In this document: positions 12,959-23,399 of the stretch, piece after piece
How positions within the stretch are numbered: position 1 is the first letter of the stretch
How the letters are laid out: the number at the start of each line of letters is the position of its first letter
NCBI GenBank assembly: GCA_032718475.1
Contig: JAUCBJ010007224.1
Span: 62,001 to 126,000, forward strand
Direction: 5' to 3'
DNA: 64,000 nucleotides
Source: Nemertoderma westbladi
Lineage: Eukaryota > Animalia > Xenacoelomorpha
Notes under the pieces: model-generated
The model's database searches: none
Seen by the model: only the letters and a program-made list of their open reading frames with translations
What the model was told of the DNA's origin: nothing
Made by a program: the position numbers and the translations under genes

Positions 12959-13154
12959 GTTGGAGGTAGTTGGAAGTAGCCAATATGTGGCACCAATATG
13001 CATTGTATTCACATCTCACATGTGGATTAGGACAGTTTTCGTTATGATGCAAATTCTTCAGTGGGAGTAGCTAGGATGCATCTGTCTTGCATTCTTAAGA
13101 GGGGTATCACCCCAAATCTAAGTTTTATTTTTATAGCTACTATTCTGAAACTTT

Positions 13155-13602
13155 AAGAAAATAAGGAAAGTGATGAAGAAGAACATGAAGAAAGTGAAGA
13201 TCAGGAAAGTGAAGAAGATGATGAAAATGATAATAATGAGGAAATATTGAGACAATGACTTGGAAATAAGAATAAATTTCGGAAAACCCCAGTTTCCTTT
13301 CTTGTTGCTATTACGCCAGTTTCCTTTCTTTTTACTACTTTTGCCTTGTCCAGATGTCGAGTTCGTACCGGTTTGTCCTAATCCACGGTTGGGATTTCCC
13401 CTGTTTCCTTTCTTTTACTTCTTTTTGCCGTTGAGATCCATGGCTGGGATTTCCCAAGTTTTCTTTGGCTGACGGGTTGATATAGTAGATATTATGATGT
13501 GGCTGAGGCGATGTAGTCCTCTCTAAGGACGAAACAAACGTAATCAAAGTGTATCAGTTCCAAGGAGAAATGAACGAAAACAACAGCTGATCTGATAGTT
13601 TT
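13155..13602 (+). repeat. ~450-bp dispersed repeat, copy 1
   Basis: Near-identical to 32972-33432; both copies encode the MEIRIN..KPQF and MITFVSSLERTTS ORFs. Confidence 0.9.
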
Positions 13603-13630
13603 GTTATTATTATACATATTATTATTCTGA

Positions 13631-13778
13631 TTTGTTATTACGGTTGCCTAGCAACCCTAGAGAGGAACTCTTAGGCCCACCTACAGAACTGTACGACAGG
13701 ACTGCAGTATGCCATCAGCGATCGCTCGAACTTGAGTCTACATACGTTCTCATTTCGTGGCTAGACGCCATCTCCACA
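13631..13778 (+). repeat. 5' LTR (first ~42 bp missing)
   Basis: Matches the 3' LTR from TTTGTTATTACGG to TCTCCACA; the TGTGG start is absent, so no TSD can be read. Confidence 0.9.
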
Positions 13779-13779
13779 T

Positions 13780-13788
13780 TGGTGACCC
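13780..13788 (+). promoter_or_regulatory. Primer binding site, tRNA-Trp type
   Basis: TGGTGACCC one base after the LTR, complementary to the tRNA-Trp 3' end GGGUCACCA. Confidence 0.8.
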
Positions 13789-13883
13789 AGCGTCTCAAGA
13801 CGAACTCTTGAGACCGCGACTCGCAGCATGATCCTGCAATCAAACTGATCAGCCACCGAAACTGTGTTGACGACAATCAGACA

Positions 13884-14587
13884 ATGGCCGAAGCGACCGC
13901 CAACGCCGTTTCTATTAAGCTGCCTCCGTTCTGGACCACCCAACCCGAGGTGTGGTTCGCCCAGGCGGAGGCACAGTTCCACATTCGCAGCATCACCGAG
14001 GACGCTACAAAATATTATTACGTGGTGGGGGCCCTCGACCAGGAGACAGCCGCTCGCCTCCTAAAACTCATCCAGAACCCTCCCGCTACTGAGAAGTACC
14101 TCAAACTCAAAGGCCAACTTCTCAAGGCCTTCGGGCTCTCCCGACGCGAGCGCGCAGCCCGACTCTGGGACCTCGACGGCCTCGGTGACCGGCGCCCCTC
14201 GCAACTCCTCGGGGAAATGCAGGCGCTCCTCGGCGACGACAACGCGGGACTCCTCTTCGAGGAGGCCTTCCTCCGGCAGATGCCCGCCGCAATCCGCCTC
14301 CAACTCGCGGAGGAGGACTTCCGCGACCTCGACAGGGTTGCGGACCGGGCCGACGCGCTGTGGGAGGCCTCCCGGCAGACCTCACTCGCGGCCCACGCTG
14401 TCAGGAAACCGACGCCGGTCCCGCCGCAGCGAACCGGCAAGAACTCCTCGTCGGCATCGACTCCCGCCCCGCGGGCCCCGAACTCGAACCCGGACTGGTG
14501 CTATTATCACCAGACGTTCGCCCCACAGCCAGGAAGTGCCGCCCGCCCTGCAGTTACCAGGGAAACGCCCCGGCCGGCCGTTTGTAG
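13884..14587 (+). CDS. gag: Gag (CsRN1-type) with an apparent 1-nt deletion near 14520
   Basis: [25 protein letters not shown]. The CHCC motif is split across two frames (WCYYHQTF / [10 protein letters not shown]); restoring one base gives a stop at 14585-14587. Confidence 0.85.
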
Positions 14588-14605
14588 CAGCTACAACGGC
14601 CGGCC
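14560..14605 (+). promoter_or_regulatory. -1 ribosomal frameshift signal (G GGA AAC plus hairpin)
   Basis: Heptamer 14560-14566 is in register with corrected gag; after a 5-nt spacer comes the stem GGCCGGCCGTTTGTAG / CTACAACGGCCGGCC. The -1 frame is the pol frame. Confidence 0.85.
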
Positions 14606-17600
14606 ACACCGACCTGCTGCTGTTTGCCTGGGACCGCGTTTCCGCGCAACGCTTCTTGGTCGACACTGGGGCGGAGGTAAGCGTTATTCCCGCGACGACT
14701 CGCGAGGAACGTTCGGGACAGAGCGGGCCGCCCCTCATCGCCGCCAACAAAACGTACATTCGAACGTACGGCCACCGCTCCGTCAAACTCGACTTCCACT
14801 CCCGCCGTTTCCAGTGGAAGTTTATCGCGGCCGACGTCGCCCAGCCTCTCCTCGGAGCCGACTTCCTCCGAGTGAACAACATGTTGGTCGACCTGAGAGG
14901 CCGCCGTCTGGTCGACGCCGAGACGTTGACCTCGATCCCGTGCGGGCGGACTACGGGCCACGCCCCCCACCTCGGTTCTGTCACCGCCTCGGACGACGAG
15001 TTCGCTCGGCTCCTCGCCGAGTTCCCCGATATTACGATCCCTCGGTTCTCTGACCCCACCGCGAAACACGGGGTTGAACATTACATCCCCACCGAGGGAC
15101 CCCCGGTCTACTCCCGCGCCCGTCGTCTGCCTCCAGACAAACTCGAGATCGCGCGGGACGAGTTCCGGACGATGGAGGAGATGGGGATCATCCGCCGGTC
15201 CAATAGTCCATGGGCGTCACCCCTCCACATGGCCCCTAAACCCTCGGGTGGATGGCGGCCGTGTGGCGACTACCGACGCCTCAACGACGCCACGATTCCG
15301 GACCGGTACCCCATCCCCCATATCCAGGACTTCTCCTCCAGACTGGCTGGGGCGAAGATCTTTTCTAAGATCGATCTGGTGCGCGGCTACCACCAGATCC
15401 CCGTAACCGAGGCCGACATCGCCAAGACCGCGGTTATAACCCCGTTCGGCCTGTTTGAATTCCTTCGAATGCCGTTCGGGCTGAAAAACGCGGCCCAGGC
15501 TTTCCAGAGACTGATGGACACTGTGTGCCAGGGACTCGACTTCCTCTTCGTCTACCTAGACGACGTCCTCGTCGCGAGTCGGTCCCCTAAGGAACACCGT
15601 GACCACCTCCGTCAGCTCTTCGCGCGCCTCCAAGAACACGGCCTCGTGATCAACCTCGCCAAGTGCGAGTTCGGTCGGTCGACCATCGACTTCCTCGGCC
15701 ACCGAATCTCGGCCCACGGCGCCTACCCGCTCCCCGACAAGGTCGCCGCCATCCATGAGTTCACCCAACCGACCACCGTCAAGGGCCTGCAGGAGTTCGT
15801 GGGGATGGTGAACTTCTATCATCGGTTCGTCCCCGCGGCCGCCGCCATCATGCGGCCCCTCTACGCGGCCCTTGCCGGTAAACCCAAGTCCCTCGACTGG
15901 ACCCCCGACATGGCGGCGGCGTTCCGGAACGCCAAGGAAGCCCTCGCCAATGCCACGATGCTCGCCCACCCCAACGCCAACGCACCGACGGCGCTCACCG
16001 TGGACGCATCCGGCACGGCGGTGGGCGCCGTTCTAGAACAGCTCGTCGGCGACTCGTGGCGCCCCCTGGCGTTCTTCAGCCGCCAACTTCGACCCCCGGA
16101 GGTGAAGTACAGCGCGTTCGACCGGGAACTCCTCGCGCTGTACCTCGCTGTTCGCCACTTCCGGTACTACCTGGAGGGCCGCGTATTCACCGCCTACACA
16201 GACCACAAACCCCTGACGTTCGCATTCGCCAAGATCAGCGACCCGTGGTCGAATCGGCAACAACGGCACATCGCCTACATTTCCGAGTTCACCACGGCGA
16301 TCGAACACGTCGCTGGCAAAGACAACTGTGTGGCGGATGCGCTCTCCAGGACTACGGTCAGCGCGGTTCGAACCCTCCTCCCCGGCCTCGACTACACGGC
16401 TATGGCGGCTGCCCAACTCGCCGACCCCGAGCTGCCAACCTACCGCTCCGCCGTGTCCGGCCTCCAACTGGAAGACGTCCCGCTCGCCCCCGCGAACGCC
16501 ACTCTACTTTGCGACGTTTCTCTCGGACACCCGCGCCCCGTCGTCCCCGTCGCCTGGCGACGGCGCGTATTCGACGCCCTACACGGCCTGTCTCACCCCG
16601 GCGCTCGTACCACCAAGAAACTCGTCGCCGACAGGTTCGTGTGGCACGGCCTCCGCAAAGAGGTGGGCGAGTGGGCGAAGACCTGCATCCCTTGCCAGTC
16701 TTCCAAGGTGCAACGCCACGTTCGCGCGCCCCTCGGCACCTTCGCCACCCCCCACCACCGGTTCGACCACATCCACGTGGATCTGGTCGGCCCTCTACCA
16801 CCATCGCGCGGGTTCACTCACCTGCTGACGATGGTAGACCGGTTCACTCGGTGGCCAGAGGCCGTGCCCCTCACCGAGACCTCCACCGAGAGTTGCGCCC
16901 GGGCTCTCATCTCCATCTGGATATCTCGGTTCGGCGTCCCCGCGGATCTCTCCTCCGACCGCGGTTCGCAGTTTACCTCCCAGCTCTGGTCCGCCGTCAA
17001 CCAGCTGCTGGGCACCCAACTGCACCGCACCACGGCCTACCACCCACAAGCGAACGGACTGGTGGAACGTTTCCACCGCCACCTAAAGTCCGCCCTGCGG
17101 GCCTCGCTCACCGGCCCCGATTGGGTCGACGAGTTGCCGTGGGTTCTCCTTGGAATCCGGACCGCTCCCAAGGACGACTTGGGGACCTCCTCCGCCGAGC
17201 TGGTCTACGGTGCCCCCCTCACCGTCCCGGGCGAGTTCCTTCCGCCGGCTACAGGCGCCCAGCACTCGCCGTCCACGATCCTCCCTCAACTCCGGGATAC
17301 GGTCGGGCGGTTCGCTCCGGTACCGACGTCACGCCACGGACTGACTCCGTCGTCGGTTCCACCGGACCTCCACGACGCTACCTACGTTTTCGTCCGGCGC
17401 GACGCCCACCGGACGCCATTCGAACGCCCCTACGAGGGGCCTTACAAGGTCCTCACCCCCGGACCCAAAACATTTAAGATCGATATGGGCGGTCGAACTG
17501 AAACGATTTCAGTCGACCGACTCAAACCGGCCCATCTCGATTTTACCGAGCCGGTCGTTCTCGGCCAACCGCGGCGCCGAGGTCGACCCCCGAATGCACC

Positions 17601-17709
17601 TCCGGTACCTCCTACACCGCCGGTACTAATGCAAAGACCAACAACCCCAGCCCAACTGCCCGTACAAACTCGATCGGGCCGGACGGTCCGTCCACCTGAA
17701 TATCTCTAA
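14560..17709 (+). CDS. pol: Pol polyprotein (protease, RT, RNase H, integrase)
   Basis: FLVDTGA, YLDD, VDAS/DHKPL, HHCC zinc finger, DDE core and GPY motif, with no stops (part of ORF 14185..17709). Confidence 0.95.
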   Translation, partial: GKRPGRPFVAATTAGHTDLLLFAWDRVSAQRFLVDTGAEVSVIPATTREERSGQSGPPLIAANKTYIRTYGHRSVKLDFHSRRFQWKFIAADVAQPLLGADFLRVNNMLVDLRGRRLVDAETLTSIPCGRTTGHAPHLGSVTASDDEFARLLAEFPDITIPRFSDPTAKHGVEHYIPTEGPPVYSRARRLPPDKLEIARDEFRTMEEMGIIRRSNSPWASPLHMAPKPSGGWRPCGDYRRLNDATIPDRYPIPHIQDFSSRLAGAKIFSKIDLVRGYHQIPVTEADIAKTAVITPFGLFEFLRMPFGLKNAAQAFQRLMDTVCQGLDFLFVYLDDVLVASRSPKEHRDHLRQLFARLQEHGLVINLAKCEFGRSTIDFLGHRISAHGAYPLPDKVAAIHEFTQPTTVKGLQEFVGMVNFYHRFVPAAAAIMRPLYAALAGKPKSLDWTPDMAAAFRNAKEALANATMLAHPNANAPTALTVDASGTAVGAVLEQLVGDSWRPLAFFSRQLRPPEVKYSAFDRELLALYLAVRHFRYYLEGRVFTAYTDHKPLTFAFAKISDPWSNRQQRHIAYISEFTTAIEHVAGKDNCVADALSRTTVSAVRTLLPGLDYTAMAAAQLADPELPTYRSAVSGLQLEDVPLAPANATLLCDVSLGHPRPVVPVAWRRRVFDALHGLSHPGARTTKKLVADRFVWHGLRKEVGEWAKTCIPCQSSKVQRHVRAPLGTFATPHHRFDHIHVDLVGPLPPSRGFTHLLTMVDRFTRWPEAVPLTETSTESCARALISIWISRFGVPADLSSDRGSQFTSQLWSAVNQLLGTQLHRTTAYHPQANGLVERFHRHLKSALRASLTGPDWVDELPWVLLGIRTAPKDDLGTSSAELVYGAPLTVPGEFLPPATGAQHSPSTILPQLRDTVGRFAPVPTSRHGLTPSSVPPDLHDATYVFVRRDAHRTPFERPYEGPYKVLTPGPKTFKIDMGGRTETISVDRLKPAHLDFTEPVVLGQPRRRGRPPNAPPVPPTPPVLMQRPTTPAQLPVQTRSGRTVRPPEYL

Positions 17710-17735
17710 TACGTTTCGAGACTGGGGGGGGGTCA

Positions 17736-17925
17736 TGTGGCAGCCCCACTGACATACATATTATACAGTCCCAAAACTTTGTTATTACGGTTGCCTAGCA
17801 ACCCTAGAGAGGAACTCTTAGGCCCACCTACAGAACTGTACGACAGGACTGCAGTATGCCATCAGCGATCGCTCGAACTTGAGTCTACATACGTTCTCAT
17901 TTCGTGGCTAGACGCCATCTCCACA
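17736..17925 (+). repeat. 3' LTR, 190 bp
   Basis: TGTGG...CCACA termini, preceded by a G9 polypurine tract at 17724-17732. Confidence 0.95.
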
Positions 17926-18054
17926 ATATTATGGTTTTGTTCAGAAATAGAAAAAAATGAGAAAGTACGTCACCGGGGGTTGAACCAGCGCTATACGTAC
18001 GATTCAGCCTATCATGCCTCATCAGTAGCGCTAACCAGTTCAGCCACTTGCCCC
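17926..18054 (-). ncRNA. tRNA-like Pol III unit with an embedded hammerhead ribozyme (degenerate copy)
   Basis: Minus strand: GGGGCAAGTGGCTGAACTGGTTAGCGCTA CTGATGA GGCATGATAGGCT GAAT CGTACG TA TAGCGCT GGTTCAACC..T7; the GAAA core is mutated to GAAT. Confidence 0.7.
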
Positions 18055-18210
18055 TGACATTCACTCTCCCACCTAATCCACTTATATTGAACAGGCAATC
18101 TTAAGTTGCATATCCCATCTCTAACAACGGCCTCAAGTATGTTAAAGTGAAACAGGAGTAAAGTACAAATAAATAAATATTCAGCTCGAATATTGCTGCC
18201 AGGTGATATT

Positions 18211-18338
18211 GGGGCGAGTGACTGAACTGGTTAGCGCTACTGATGAGGCCTGATAGGACGAAACGTACGTATAGCGCTGGTTCAACCTCCGGTGACGCGC
18301 TTTCTCATTTTTTCCATTTCCGAACAAAACCATAATAT
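18211..18338 (+). ncRNA. tRNA-like Pol III unit with an embedded minimal type I hammerhead ribozyme (18233-18278)
   Basis: A box TGACTGAACTGG; stem I AGCGCTA/TAGCGCT; CTGATGA 18240-18246; stem II GGCCT-GAT-AGGAC; GAAA; stem III AC-GTAC-GT; GUA cleavage site at 18271; B box GGTTCAACC; T6 at 18308-18313. Confidence 0.85.
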
Positions 18339-18865
18339 TATCTTTAAATTTAAATACATTTACTGAGATTCCATGACAACCAAAATTATCAATAATTAAA
18401 CCTACATCTCAGTCAGAATACTTCAGAAGATACAAAGGAATCGTATCAAATTTTGCTGGACACCCTTTACATTCAACCTCCTAGAACTGAAACAATAGAT
18501 CCAATTCTTCACTTTTTTTACTTTCTTTTTGAAGAGGTTTATAAACAAGGCATATAAAGTCAGATTTATTTTTCCATCGGGATCGGGATTTTCAGGATCG
18601 AGATCGGGATCACGTTGCAACACTACTGTATTCGTTTTTCAAAAGTTATTTGGTTTATTTCAGTTACACATCTGAATAATTCGTCTTGATCGGAAACATA
18701 AAAAGATTTAAATCCCCATTATAATGCTTACAATAAAAATAAATTTCAATTAAAAAATTAATTAAAAAATATTTACAATAATAACCTCCAAATTAGAATC
18801 AATTCAATACATAGAAAAGCACATTGCCAATATTTTTGTTAGGCGTACAATAGTAACTTTATTTT

Positions 18866-19215
18866 AAATCTAAAACTTAAATATTAAACCGTTAAACTTA
18901 AATCGTACACTTTAAACTTAAAAATATTACTTAAAAACCATAAATCTAAAACTTAAATATTATACCTTTAAACTTAAATATTAAACCTTTAAACTTAAAT
19001 ATTAAACCGTCAAACTTAAATCGTACACTTTAAACTTAAAAATATTACTTAAAAACCATAAATCTAAAACTTAAATATTAAAAACCTTTAAACTTAAATA
19101 TTAAACCGTCAAACTTAAATCTTACACTTTAAACTTAAAAATATTACTTAAAAACCATAAATCTAAAACTTAAATATTCAACCTTTAAACTTAAATCTTC
19201 CAATTTAAACTTAAA
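18866..19215. repeat. AT-rich array of ~20-bp AAACTTAAA-core monomers with a ~100-120-bp higher-order unit
   Basis: The block TAAACTTAAAAATATTACTTAAAAACCATAAATCTAAAACTTAAATATT occurs three times. Confidence 0.85.
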
Positions 19216-19301
19216 AAGCTTAAATTAAATTGTATACTTAAAAGTTTATAATCATATATACAAATTATAAATGATATGAAACTAAACTTAAACTTAACAA
19301 T

Positions 19302-20507
19302 TTATTGCCCAACAGGCATGTTTTCTAAACGTAGAGCCGCTTCATAGAATGTAGTGGTGTGCTGCGCTGCCCTTGAGCAGTCGCCGACTGTAACAGTGGC
19401 CCTGGAAATATCGATTAACTGTTCAAGATATTGCAATCGCTGTTCTCCTAAACCAACTCCGCTAACATCGGGGACAGTTATTGCTGATTTAACGGACGAT
19501 TTAATCTTACTCCAAATCGTTTCGATGGGGTTTAACATTGGGCTATATGGACCGAGTTTTACGAGTACAGCTTGACTTTCGGCAAAAACTAATTGTAGAC
19601 GACTGTGGCAAGGCGCGTTGTCGGCGACGACAACAAGTTCGTTTAAAGCGAACCCTCCATCCACCCATTGATCCAGGGCACCTTGAACCCATTCATTCGC
19701 AGTTTCCCACGTAAATGACCCCCTCCTTGTATCCATCTTAACCACACCGTTCATTGTTATAGCACCAATAAGATGAATGTTTGGACCACGTGCGGCTGGT
19801 AAAGTAAGAATAGCTCTATTGCCTACTCTTGAACGGCCGTTTCTCCGACGTAAAAATAAGTTAAAATTTGTCTCGTCCAGCCACATGACTTGACGCCCCT
19901 GGCGAATGTATTCGTTGATAACTTGAACATATTCACGTCGTTTCTGTTTATTGATGTCGTTGTTCATGCTAATTGGCTGGTGGTGTAACGATTTCATACT
20001 ATAAAGACAACCATCCAGGGCATTCGATATGGTTGAAAGGCAAACGTTTATATTGTGACTCACCATTAGCCTGGATTTAATCATTCGTAGTGTTATGCAC
20101 GGATTTTCCTCAACCCAGCTTATCATGTGTTCCAGAACAACATTACTAATTATCTTAGGTCTATTACCCCCCTTTGGGTTTCCCTTTGGTTCTCCTGATC
20201 GAATCCATTGATACGCGGTTTTATAATTGACGCCAAGGGTATTGGCTAATGCATTCCAGTCTTCACCTCGGTTTGCTGATTCAACAATCAACTGACGATC
20301 CCTATCGGTATACTTAAGATAGGTTGTTCTATTAACCAGGGCCGATTCTACTACTTCTGCGCGGCAATTAGGGCAAGTTGGTGAGTTTGCACCTACAATC
20401 GGAATACTACATGTTTCGTGAAGTAAGTGCCGACATGGAAGTAACCTCACAGTGGGTTTCCGGATCATTGAATACTGACAAATGCTGCATTTGTCACTTA
20501 AGTTCAT
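19302..20507 (-). CDS. IS630/Tc1-mariner DDE transposase with an N-terminal RING-H2 finger
   Basis: CSIC..C.H..H..C..CPNC at residues 7-48, HTH regions, then WLDET, DNAPCH and YSPMLNPIE (DD32E spacing). Intact 401-aa ORF. Confidence 0.9.
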   Translation of the reverse strand: MNLSDKCSICQYSMIRKPTVRLLPCRHLLHETCSIPIVGANSPTCPNCRAEVVESALVNRTTYLKYTDRDRQLIVESANRGEDWNALANTLGVNYKTAYQWIRSGEPKGNPKGGNRPKIISNVVLEHMISWVEENPCITLRMIKSRLMVSHNINVCLSTISNALDGCLYSMKSLHHQPISMNNDINKQKRREYVQVINEYIRQGRQVMWLDETNFNLFLRRRNGRSRVGNRAILTLPAARGPNIHLIGAITMNGVVKMDTRRGSFTWETANEWVQGALDQWVDGGFALNELVVVADNAPCHSRLQLVFAESQAVLVKLGPYSPMLNPIETIWSKIKSSVKSAITVPDVSGVGLGEQRLQYLEQLIDISRATVTVGDCSRAAQHTTTFYEAALRLENMPVGQ

Positions 20508-21244
20508 TATTGTGGGATATATTGATAACTGTAAATTGAATTAAGATAGTTTGATTATATCCAGATAATATATTATGTAATATAATATTAAGATTATATA
20601 CTTTTAATTGAATGTATATTTGTAGATTAGATCGTAAGTTGTGGGAACAATAGGCCTAGGCCTACCGTCTGTAAGTTGTGCGAATAAGATATAAACAAAT
20701 ATTCGTTATACTTTACATATGTCCCTTTAGAAGCCCTATAGTATACCAAGGCTTAACGCCCTATGTAATAAATGAATGCCGTGATCTAACTGCATCTAAC
20801 TGCAACTAAATTGTTTCTAAATCCCCACTCCCAATGAAGGGTGGTACAACGCGCTATTAACCGCAGGGCCAGCGGTACACCATAAGTGCGAACAACGACG
20901 CTAGCTCTCTCTAATAAGTCTATAAAGTTTATATATAGAAGGCAAGTTATAGCTACTGTAAATGAAAACTCACGAATGATATAGCTCAATTTACACGAAA
21001 TAAAATAAACATTATGTAGTAAATTGAACACATACCACAACACTACTGCGGTTTCCATATCAATTGGGCGATTCGAAATACAAACTAAAGATTAAGTTAA
21101 CGTAATGGATTTTCAGCGGTACCATATACACAGCATTACATCGCCATGGGTCAGGTTATTTTACTTAAAAAAAAAATAATTTTAACATTTATATTTGTTA
21201 TTGCAGGCGCCTTTGTGCGAAAGTGTGCGAAATTTAGACAGCCT

Positions 21245-21324
21245 TTAGTTGGATTTGAAACCGCGCCGCCAAACACTATTATGAAAGCAGTTCAGTCGCT
21301 GTATCCAATCGGACACTGGCTGAC
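21245..21324 (-). ncRNA. Degenerate tRNA-derived SINE head
   Basis: Minus strand GTCAGCCAGTGTCCGATTGGATACAGCG...GCGGTTTCAAATCC has A- and B-box-like motifs. Confidence 0.4.
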
Positions 21325-22467
21325 TGGGACATATAATTGTTGGGGCTTGGGGGTAGGTAGGTGGGGCTGGGGGAGTGGGTGGGTATGTCTTTGAACCCAC
21401 ATTGAACAAGCTGTGTGGTAATTCTGTAATTTGAACATGTTTCTAATCGCCAGAGGTAAATCGTGCGGTTACCGGAGTGGTACTGTATGTTGATCAGCGC
21501 CATCAGCGGTATACCGCAACGGCACTGCTGGTCTATCTGTTGACGGTTAATTCAACAGGAAATGCCGTGTACATTTTGAGTCATTAACAGTCAATGGTAA
21601 TGAAGATCATTTACCACTCATTTACTACTCACTCTTATAATTGTATGGTGTTCTCATGTATTCCATTAGATGGCACAGCATCCAGAAATCAGAAATCAAA
21701 TATACAATTTTTCGGTTTACACTATACAGTACTTGACAGTTTGAGTAGAGTAGGCCTAAGTAAAGTAAAGTAAACTGGTATGAATGGCCTAACTATCGTT
21801 TTATTACCGGTAGGGTACTTCATTGATAAGAATTACCTTCAATGAAACTTGCATTAAACAGTTAAACCTGCTTTCAATGAAACCTTCCATTAATTGCTGA
21901 ATTGATAAAAAAAAGGTTACCGGTACTCATACCAGAATACCGGTAGGTAAGAATTATTAAAGCCAAACCCGTCTACGGCACGGCCTGTCCTGTCTACTAT
22001 GAATGAATATATTTATTTATTGGTTTATCGCCAAATTTAAATGTCTACTATGAATGAATATATACTGGTATTAGGCCTACAAGACCGCAATACGACCGAG
22101 TAATTCGAACTCGTAGCCATACACATCTCGCTATCTCCTGATCTCGGTTCAGCAATCCTGAATCAGTCCAACTCTGTAACATGGATGGATATCGGTACCC
22201 ACATGTAGTTTCAGCACTTTCAGCAGTCAGGCAGCGCAATATAAATGCAAAGGTACCGGGTATTACATTAGGCTCTACCCTCCATACCAGTACCGTTACA
22301 GTAATATTATATACATTATCACTATCAAATTACTGATACAGGTCTGGCATCAGTAATTAGTATTCTGTAATCTTTGTAAAATGAAAGTATTTCCTCAGTT
22401 AGTTAAAATACATAGGCCTAAGGCAAAGATATAGGCCTACTACTGTATTTAATAAAAAATCCTAAAT

Positions 22468-23290
22468 TCCAATGGAAAATCTGAAATTCAAATGGAAAAT
22501 TATAAATACTGTACAAATGGAAATCTGAAATTCAAATGGAAAATTTTAAATACAAATGGAAAATCTGAAATACAAATGGAAAATCTGAAATACAAATGGA
22601 AAATCTCAAATACAAAGTGAAATCTGTAGTTCAAATGGAAAATCTGAAGGCCAAAGGAATAATCATTTATTCCATTTATAAAGTATAGCCTTGAATATAA
22701 TTTTGAATTTCTATAGAATTACACATTATTTGTTGGTTGTTGCCATTATTGTACATATGTTGGTAGGCCTGCTACATTGCCTTATCATTTTGAAATTAAA
22801 ATGGAAAATCTGAAATTCGAATGGAATATCTGAACTACAAATGAAAAATCTGAAATTCAAATGTAAAATTTAAAATCGATTAAAATATTCTGAATATCAA
22901 ACGGAAGGTTTTATAGACATTCATAAAATCGAATTCGTCATTTCTGAAATCTACATTGAATTAACCGAAATCTAAATTTAATTTTCTAAAATCCATTTGA
23001 TATATTTCAAAATTATTCTTTCCTTATCTGAAATCGTAATGTAATTTTTGAAATCCAAACGACGCATTCTGAAATCGAAATGATAATTTTAGAATCCAAA
23101 TGACGCATTCTGAATTCGAAATGTAATTTAAAAAATCCAAATGACACATGTTGAAATTGAAATGTATTTGTTTAAATACAAATGGTATATTCTGAAATCG
23201 AAATAGATTTATTGAAATCAAATTGTAACATTTTGAAATCAAAATAAAAGAACTGAAACCCAAATAGACCTTTCTGAAATCAATGTGATG
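22468..23290. repeat. Degenerate 20-21-bp tandem arrays (AAATGGAAAATCTGAAATTC-type)
   Basis: Clear copies at 22468-22650 and 22798-22870; decayed TCTGAAATC periodicity continues to about 23290. Confidence 0.75.
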
Positions 23291-23399
23291 ATTTATGAAA
23301 TACATGTTGAAAAGGTGTAGAGTATCCAAAGGTAATGCTCTACTAGCCATGCATGTCAGTAGCAGGCCCCATCGCTTGTGGGTCAGCCGTCCACTCTTT

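Larger units (their letters stand above)
13631..17925 (+). mobile_element. Ty3/Gypsy LTR retrotransposon, CsRN1-like clade, near intact
   Basis: LTRs identical over their shared part, tRNA-Trp-type PBS, gag with KLPPFW and a CHCC motif, intact PR-RT-RH-IN pol and a PPT. Confidence 0.95.

Noticed and set aside
14018-17477. Many overlapping ORFs, including a 473-aa one at 16056
   Set aside because: Shadow frames of GC-rich pol with no domain motifs.
18630-21140. TIRs or a TnpB/Fanzor partner for the IS630/Tc1-like transposase
   Set aside because: No convincing inverted pair and no RuvC-type ORF seen nearby.
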